DNA from: a virus
Virus record (IMG/VR): IMGVR_UViG_3300047510_002037
Coordinates: 1 to 64,000 of that record
Strand: one strand, 5' to 3'
Length of the DNA: 64,000 nucleotides
The notes below the pieces were generated by a model. That model made no database searches, was not told the DNA's origin, and saw only the letters and a list, made by a program, of their open reading frames with translations. Within the stretch, counting starts at the first letter, position 1; every line of letters starts with the position of its first letter. Positions 58,101 to 64,000 of this stretch are shown one piece after another. Both the position numbers and the translations under genes were made by a program.

Positions 58101-61100
58101 ATAATTTCTTGAATATGGTTCTTCTGTCCCATCAACTATTCCAGATCTCATAAATGTTCTTCCGCTAAAAGTGGAATTTGTTGTAATTCCTGTCCAATCT
58201 CTAGAGTCTGGTCTATTTTCAGGAGATCCTAATGGATACTTACCATAAGGAGCCGATGCAAAGTTAATTACATTATCTACAATATTATAGTTTCCGACAA
58301 CTTTTATTATTAAATCACCGGCAGAATGATTTTGTAATGATGTTCCAAGCCATGGTCTATTAACGTATATTTGAGTGGAAGTTGTTCCATATCCAACTAT
58401 AGCAACTCTCATTAACTCATCATTTATTTTTATGAAATCGCCAGATTTGAAAAATTCTACGTTATTTGATACGTTAATAATATCATCTGTAGTAAGAATA
58501 TTGTACGCAAGGGTTGTTGTTGTTGCAGTAGATACAATTGGAGATTGTATCATATTGTCAATAGAGATTAATGCCTTTGCATTTTGCTTTTCGGCAGTAA
58601 TATAATGCTCAGAACCAAAACCAACAGAAGTTATTGTTAAAACTTCCGGTACTAACTTTAATGCATTTTGAGCAGAGGATGCAAATTTAACATTAAGATC
58701 AGTTTCTTTTACAATATAAAGATCTTCTGGTAATTTATCAGTCAATCCAATACCAGAAATAGTAGTAGTTGCTATTCCTATGGGCTCATTAAAGATCTCA
58801 TATGAATATTTTACTTTTTCTCCAGTAACAAAGAAATGTTGTGGAAGTTGTACTAAATTATTTGCAACGTCAATTATGTCTGAAGATTCTCCATTAAATT
58901 TCTTTTGGAATATTGGATTCCCTTTGTGGAATAACTCAAAAGATTTTCTAATTGCACTCTCAGTTCCTTCATATTCGCCATATCCAGTAGATACTCGTGC
59001 ATTATTCAAATCTATCTCATTATTCAAGTTAAATGTATCAACTATTCCTATAGTGTTTACATATACCCTAACCTCACAGTCTATTTCAGAATCTGCAGTG
59101 AAATAAATTTCTGTTGTAGATCCATTTAGAAAAGAAGTAATAATACCAATTTCACCATTAGTGGTTAATACTCCAAATTCAGAGTTATATGCTGAATTAT
59201 CATCAGATGCAACTACACATTCTGAAATTTGATATCTTTCATTAGTTAAGTCTTCAATACTTACAATTAAATATGCTCCATTATAATCATAGAATCCAGC
59301 ATCAAACTCCGCAATCTTAGTTGGTGAAGTGCTAGAAGTTGTAGATATACCAACATATTCGGAATTTAACTGAGAGGTGTTTAATGTTATTGATCCCTCT
59401 TCAATAAATCCTGATGCAGAGCTTGCTATAGACACTTGTAACGTGTTTACATCAGCATCTAACAATATATTTGGTATCAAATCGACTACTAAGTTTCCTG
59501 AACTTATATAAGCATTATATGTCCCAATACCCGAAACAGATTCTTCTGAGAATGATTCGGTTGTAATTTGACCATAATCTATAATCTCAACATTAGTTCC
59601 ATCATGAATAACAGTAATTTCGTCGAATTCAAATATATTTGACGAATCTTCAATCTGAACTAGAATTTTAGTTGCTCTGTAATCTAGAGGTATTGATGCT
59701 ATTGTTGTGGTTATACCTGCATTTAATGGAGTAAAAGTACTATTAACCTTAACAATATTACCAATCGAGGTGTTTCCTACTCCAGAAATGTAATCTTTAA
59801 CGTCATAACTTACAAAACTAAGATCATAATTATTAACTCTAAACTTGACTGGATAGAAAAGTAATCTAGCTTCATCGCCAAAAATATCAAAATCGAAAGA
59901 TCCTAATATTGGACCAGTTTCAACTCTACCATATTGGTTTATGTATGTTTGACCTCCATCATGAATAAAAGTAACAAGGTATACTTGTCTTTCTGAAGTA
60001 AATCTTTTATCCCTAGCGAAAATTAAGAACTTTCTTGATCTTATCTGTTCTAGTTTAAATGTTGTTACAACACTGTATGGATTTGGTCTTGGTCTATCAT
60101 TAAAATATTCACTAACATCATCAATTACTAATACTCTATTTCCAATAGATTCCTCATAATCCTGAAGATCTCTACTATTAAATATCATTCCATTAGATAT
60201 TAATTTTGCTCCGATTGTTTCTGTTTCATCAATAGCAATATCGAAATCATATACACAATCTAAATCTACTACTTCTGATATGAAAGCAATTGATAAGAAA
60301 TCGCCACTGTCTTGAGATGTTGATATTCCTGAGAAAGATAAATCAGAGGTTTCAATTACTAAATCACTAAACTTTTTAAATCCAGATAGATGGTTTAATG
60401 AATTAACAGTAGTGTCCCAATTTTGGAGTGGAATTCTTGATTTAATTGAATATGAGAAATTCTGATAATAATCTCCATCTTGAATTTTTTGGAAAGAATT
60501 ATTTAAAAATCCAGTTTCATCTTTCCATCCAGAGACTACAACAGAGGTTGCATCAACATTATATACCAGTTCATTGGTTGCTATCTCAGTAATTTCTGCA
60601 ACTGATCCACTCTTTGATCCTACAACACGTTCTCCTAGTAAATATGAATCTATAGTAGTAACTTTCAATAATTCATTAATTTTATCCCATCTAGAAACTC
60701 TTCCTACAACCTTACTCGTCAAACCAGTTATCTCTTCACCTTCAATAAAATCATTCTGCTTTATTGTTGCTGTAAAAATTGGAAAATGCTTTTCTAAAAC
60801 AACTATTCCACTGGAAGTTACCAAATCATATTGGCCTAAAATTTCATCACTAGAAACATAGTCTTGCATACTATAAGTTATAGTTGCATTTGAACCTCCA
60901 ATATTTGGATCAATACTCAGGATCTTGAATAAATTATAGTTAAATTCTGATGAATTAAATCCTCTACCCAAACTTCCTAAAGTACTTGTTTTACATCCTT
61001 CTATCAGGATGTTATCATTTACTTGGAATGGAAAATCATTTAAAGAGCTAAAACTAGTCCTAAAAGTAACCGTTACAATTTTAGTACTAAAGTTAAAAAC

Positions 61101-64000
61101 TATATTTTTGATAGAAAAACCATTAGAGTTATTAATAGGAATGAATTTTGGAGTATTATTTGATAAGCTATTTGTATTTTTGATGATAGTTACGCCAGAT
61201 TCTGTATTAGATAATATTAAATCAGTGAAAACTTCATTTGTTGCAGAATCTTTTACTATCAAATCCGGAGGAACAACATATCCTTTTCCATTTACAGATA
61301 ATTTTATTTGATCAAATGAATACTTTTGATTCAGAACTAATATATCTGGCAGTTTCGCTGTGGGTCTTAATGTTAGGTCTGATGGATAGTCAAATCCAAT
61401 ATCTTGTATTTTAAATCTATTATCCTTTCCTATACTATCACTTTTTGGTTTTATTTTCGCATCTTTTCCTGTTGAAGAGAAAACTTTAGCGAGTCCAACC
61501 AATCTTTGATAATTGTCTCCACCAGATTCCGTTACTATTTCTTGAATTTTTCCAGTAGTTGTTCTTGAACTGGTCACATAAGAAATAGATGCTGTTGTTT
61601 TATCATAGAAACTCTTTTCTGGAGTTATACCCATCTCCATAGAAAAGAATGTTGCTCCTGCAGAAACAACATTTGACCTTTGCGAATATCCACTAAGAGA
61701 AAAAACTAAACTATTTTTGAAATCAACATTTAAATTATCTGAGAATATTTGTCTCTTTGTGAGTGGTATATTTGTATTTTTTAATGGTACTAGATTGTAG
61801 TATATGGTATATGGTGTTTTATCTGTTACAACTAACTCAGCATATGCGTTCTCGCTGATCCCAATAGATCCATTATATGTTATCTGAAAATTTGTTTCTC
61901 CATCAGAAAGGTATTCATGTTTAAATTGATCGTCTTTATATAATTTAAATTCAAATGCAGAAAATCTTGATACTCCATCAATATACGACAAAGATGGGTC
62001 GTTTAAAAGAAATCTAACTTTCGAATTTCTTACTATTTCTATTGATGGATTTATTTTAAATAATTTACCTGAAGAAGTAGCAGAAGTTATGTTTATTACG
62101 TTAATATCATCTTTATCTACAATTATTGAATTGTAATATGAATTTGCAAGTTGAATTGTGTCTTTAGTAATGTATATAACATAATATATCTCATCATTAA
62201 CTAATCCACCAAGAGCATTGTTATCATCAGAAACATATATTACCTTATCTCCAGCAGCAAATCCATGGTTTTGTATACTAATAGTATTTTTATCTAAATT
62301 TATATCCGAGACATTGAATGATTTTGGATTTACCACCAATCTTCTATGTTTATCATTATATCTAATATCAATTTCTGTTGTTTCTACTGAAGTTAAACTT
62401 AATGATACAGAATCTCCAATAGTTAATCCATTATCCTCATCAGTATATGCTGTAAGTATATTATGATAAAGCTCGCTATTAATTATATTTTTATAAGTAG
62501 TTTTAAAGCTATGCTTATATCCAGTACCAACACCAACGTAAAATAATGTATCGGCACCAATATCAGTTGTTAGTCCAACAAATGAAGAATCAGTTGATAT
62601 TCCCAATTTAACAGTAGATAATCCAATAATGTTATTATCAATTTTCGCAACGAAAAGTGCTCCATCAATTTCATTTGATGCATATTGTAAAGATGTAGTT
62701 ATTCCATTAATATAAACGTTTATATCAGATCCATCATATGAGTTGTATATAACTTTATCACCAGTCTCTAAACCATGTTCTGGAATATAAATTGTTTTGG
62801 AAGATATAGTGATCTGTGTTAGTCCAATGCCAGGATTGACTAATGTTGCAGTATATCCAATTCCGGATATTGTACCCAAACCAACTGAATCCTGAGGGAC
62901 AAAATATATCTCTCTATTTAAACTTACATTATTAAGAGTGCTTCTTATTTGTGAATTTTTAACATAAAATTTTCTAGGAATTTCAATGAGTTTGCTATTA
63001 GCAGAATGAGCTGTACCAACAGTTTGATCATATTCTCTTTCAACCAATATTCTCAAATCTCTAGACTGGCGATTATCCAATCTTAATACTCTAATCTTTT
63101 CGGAATTGATTTGAAATATATCATTCTCACATAGATACGGAAATCTCAATTTTCCCGATACATTGAAATATGTTACTATTCCAGTAACTGAAGACGGTCC
63201 AACATTTGAATTTAATGTTATTTCTCTTGCATCTATTGTTAAAGATTCAAATGTATTAACAATTGCTTCGGATTGAGTCGAAAATCCAACCAATCTTACC
63301 TTATCTCTATTTTGTAACCCATGTGGAGTTGTGCAGAATCCAATTAGTCCATTAACTTCTGGTGATTGAGATACTTCAACATTACTAAAGTATTTTAGGG
63401 TATTTTGTACGCGATTAACATTCTTACCAACTAATTCAGAAACTACAGCTGAAGCTCCAACTCCACCAGTAAACGTATTATCGAAGAGTACCTGATCTCC
63501 CACTCTATAGTCGGTTCCGGGAGATAATATATCTACACCATCAATTCTTCCTTTGCTAGAAGCTTCAATTATAGAATAATTTTTTTCTAATTTAGTTGGA
63601 TCTAATAAGTATTCATAACCACTTTCTTGCTTATTTAAATTATAAGGAGTTATATTTCTACGCCACTTTGTAGCATTAATTCCATATTCATCCTGATTTG
63701 CTGTCCTTTCTGAATTAAAAGATATGTACTTGCTGAAATATGAATCTCCAATAATATATGGAAAAGCTGGTAGCTTACTCAATGCAAATGGACCTTCTTT
63801 TTGTAAGGTTGCTTCTAATGTTAAAAAGTATGCATAGGTTCCATTTGGAAATTCTGGAGTTATGCAAAATCTTCCATTTTTTTCATCTAAATCTCCTCTC
63901 CCAGTATATGAAAAATCCTCGATAAAAAATCCAAGAGGATAATTTGGTCTACTTCCAGTATCAATTTTTTCATAACCAGAAACCATTTGTCTAATTCTTC
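55104..64000 (-). CDS. gp7: Baseplate wedge initiator, giant cyanophage type (partial; frame open to window end)
   Basis: DLDEKNGRFCITPEFPNGTYAYF, QDGDYYQNFSYSIKS, NHLSGFKKFSD; directly upstream of gp8. Confidence 0.8.
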   Translation of the reverse strand, partial: RIRQMVSGYEKIDTGSRPNYPLGFFIEDFSYTGRGDLDEKNGRFCITPEFPNGTYAYFLTLEATLQKEGPFALSKLPAFPYIIGDSYFSKYISFNSERTANQDEYGINATKWRRNITPYNLNKQESGYEYLLDPTKLEKNYSIIEASSKGRIDGVDILSPGTDYRVGDQVLFDNTFTGGVGASAVVSELVGKNVNRVQNTLKYFSNVEVSQSPEVNGLIGFCTTPHGLQNRDKVRLVGFSTQSEAIVNTFESLTIDAREITLNSNVGPSSVTGIVTYFNVSGKLRFPYLCENDIFQINSEKIRVLRLDNRQSRDLRILVEREYDQTVGTAHSANSKLIEIPRKFYVKNSQIRSTLNNVSLNREIYFVPQDSVGLGTISGIGYTATLVNPGIGLTQITISSKTIYIPEHGLETGDKVIYNSYDGSDINVYINGITTSLQYASNEIDGALFVAKIDNNIIGLSTVKLGISTDSSFVGLTTDIGADTLFYVGVGTGYKHSFKTTYKNIINSELYHNILTAYTDEDNGLTIGDSVSLSLTSVETTEIDIRYNDKHRRLVVNPKSFNVSDINLDKNTISIQNHGFAAGDKVIYVSDDNNALGGLVNDEIYYVIYITKDTIQLANSYYNSIIVDKDDINVINITSATSSGKLFKINPSIEIVRNSKVRFLLNDPSLSYIDGVSRFSAFEFKLYKDDQFKHEYLSDGETNFQITYNGSIGISENAYAELVVTDKTPYTIYYNLVPLKNTNIPLTKRQIFSDNLNVDFKNSLVFSLSGYSQRSNVVSAGATFFSMEMGITPEKSFYDKTTASISYVTSSRTTTGKIQEIVTESGGDNYQRLVGLAKVFSSTGKDAKIKPKSDSIGKDNRFKIQDIGFDYPSDLTLRPTAKLPDILVLNQKYSFDQIKLSVNGKGYVVPPDLIVKDSATNEVFTDLILSNTESGVTIIKNTNSLSNNTPKFIPINNSNGFSIKNIVFNFSTKIVTVTFRTSFSSLNDFPFQVNDNILIEGCKTSTLGSLGRGFNSSEFNYNLFKILSIDPNIGGSNATITYSMQDYVSSDEILGQYDLVTSSGIVVLEKHFPIFTATIKQNDFIEGEEITGLTSKVVGRVSRWDKINELLKVTTIDSYLLGERVVGSKSGSVAEITEIATNELVYNVDATSVVVSGWKDETGFLNNSFQKIQDGDYYQNFSYSIKSRIPLQNWDTTVNSLNHLSGFKKFSDLVIETSDLSFSGISTSQDSGDFLSIAFISEVVDLDCVYDFDIAIDETETIGAKLISNGMIFNSRDLQDYEESIGNRVLVIDDVSEYFNDRPRPNPYSVVTTFKLEQIRSRKFLIFARDKRFTSERQVYLVTFIHDGGQTYINQYGRVETGPILGSFDFDIFGDEARLLFYPVKFRVNNYDLSFVSYDVKDYISGVGNTSIGNIVKVNSTFTPLNAGITTTIASIPLDYRATKILVQIEDSSNIFEFDEITVIHDGTNVEIIDYGQITTESFSEESVSGIGTYNAYISSGNLVVDLIPNILLDADVNTLQVSIASSASGFIEEGSITLNTSQLNSEYVGISTTSSTSPTKIAEFDAGFYDYNGAYLIVSIEDLTNERYQISECVVASDDNSAYNSEFGVLTTNGEIGIITSFLNGSTTEIYFTADSEIDCEVRVYVNTIGIVDTFNLNNEIDLNNARVSTGYGEYEGTESAIRKSFELFHKGNPIFQKKFNGESSDIIDVANNLVQLPQHFFVTGEKVKYSYEIFNEPIGIATTTISGIGLTDKLPEDLYIVKETDLNVKFASSAQNALKLVPEVLTITSVGFGSEHYITAEKQNAKALISIDNMIQSPIVSTATTTTLAYNILTTDDIINVSNNVEFFKSGDFIKINDELMRVAIVGYGTTSTQIYVNRPWLGTSLQNHSAGDLIIKVVGNYNIVDNVINFASAPYGKYPLGSPENRPDSRDWTGITTNSTFSGRTFMRSGIVDGTEEPYSRNYVFDGIQDQFNGITTAFTLTVDGENITGIEQSNALITVKDIFQSPIRTGVVSVTGNYYLGEENDSTTIYFDGNSYSDGLDISVTGLPVSGKITAVGSVGGFGYQTLVAAAGTAVVSASGTIQSIYITNVGSGYRSGIQTVNVGVRTSTNYSDGYNKIGIASISYGRIVSVAITNPGSGYTSSNPPEVVFDDPLSYSNIDLEYSTTSIGKTTGQNARVNVVVGQGSSVIDFEIIDPGFGYEINNILTVAVGGTTGIPREYRGRLLDGANLLSVNKEFIKNEVVGFITNTYPGILTSTDYDESICKRDIGYVVDAISNDLAFGGNYYSVQAGFAYYIGAGGTSYIDGEKTETIAGYNYITNISQYIINNVTVPVSYQSGISSISQIKDLSIDFDESCSPSLYDENCCSDVWYTIGNYVGIITTIIGLGTAYAPTIQSPYSNPTLSLPTTQNFENFEVTVADTDTDEFTGWTIGDIAVLDDISPLFNGFRTRFPIKINGIQKSIKSKTGSLIDVQSTLLVFINDILQVPGIGYIFKGGSIIRFPEPPKPGNTAKILFYRGTGSIDVRDVDILETVKPGDRLRLHSDFIEENQSERSVKDITATDSVETFPYGGEGIIQNPFLERPVNWCRQKNDLIVDGQIIPKSRDLYEAQINPFTNIISDISIGSTFVYVESLKTFFDDKKENAPETYTNVVDIVTQDDTKSAYALASVTSGIVTSINIQDKGFGYTTIPTVSIHSPKSGINTASATAVIVDGKVDFISINDGGSGYDDNNPPLVLISPPLSKSEVAYQVEYSGDFGFISGIGTTSIGVGSTALVFELFIDENSPLRDASVVGEIYDQSTIQIGDYFVINSTNIGFGVTSLDISGNALVTGNQFIDNVYQVAGIDLEPYQVNVSEIISDTARYASFAIGSGSSVTVTEEGTLIVVDRIKVIAPIEDLNGLVINEFLSREFFGEYTWGKVSNLIRPNPEEYSIYKDNGLLGISTSPIVRRTNALKSINYLS

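Overview
This 64-kb window comes from a T4-like cyanophage (Kyanoviridae-type gene order; AT-rich; all convincing genes on the minus strand). In transcription order it carries: partial gp7, gp8, a VrlC/DUF4815-like virion gene split in two by a Hint + cargo + split-S74 + SET cassette, an unannotated NblA-like ORF, gp13-14-15-16, a ~22-kb hyperplastic island of fibre, virion and internal proteins with a subtilisin, gp17-18-19-20-21-22-23, a moron-like cassette, gp3, uvsY, uvsW, gp55, gp47, gp46 and a partial sulfotransferase. T4-type late promoters (TAAATA) and UUCG terminators are visible. The most striking signal is a set of repeated phycobiliprotein-like helical domains, with both bilin-type cysteine motifs (KCxRDIGY...GG and CxxV), embedded in two virion proteins. 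Also notable are the doubly self-processing VrlC insertion, a bidirectional sigma70 promoter at gp55, and a self-contained early cassette bounded by duplicated terminators. All protein assignments come from motif recognition and synteny; no database search was run. No tRNA, CRISPR array or reverse transcriptase was seen.
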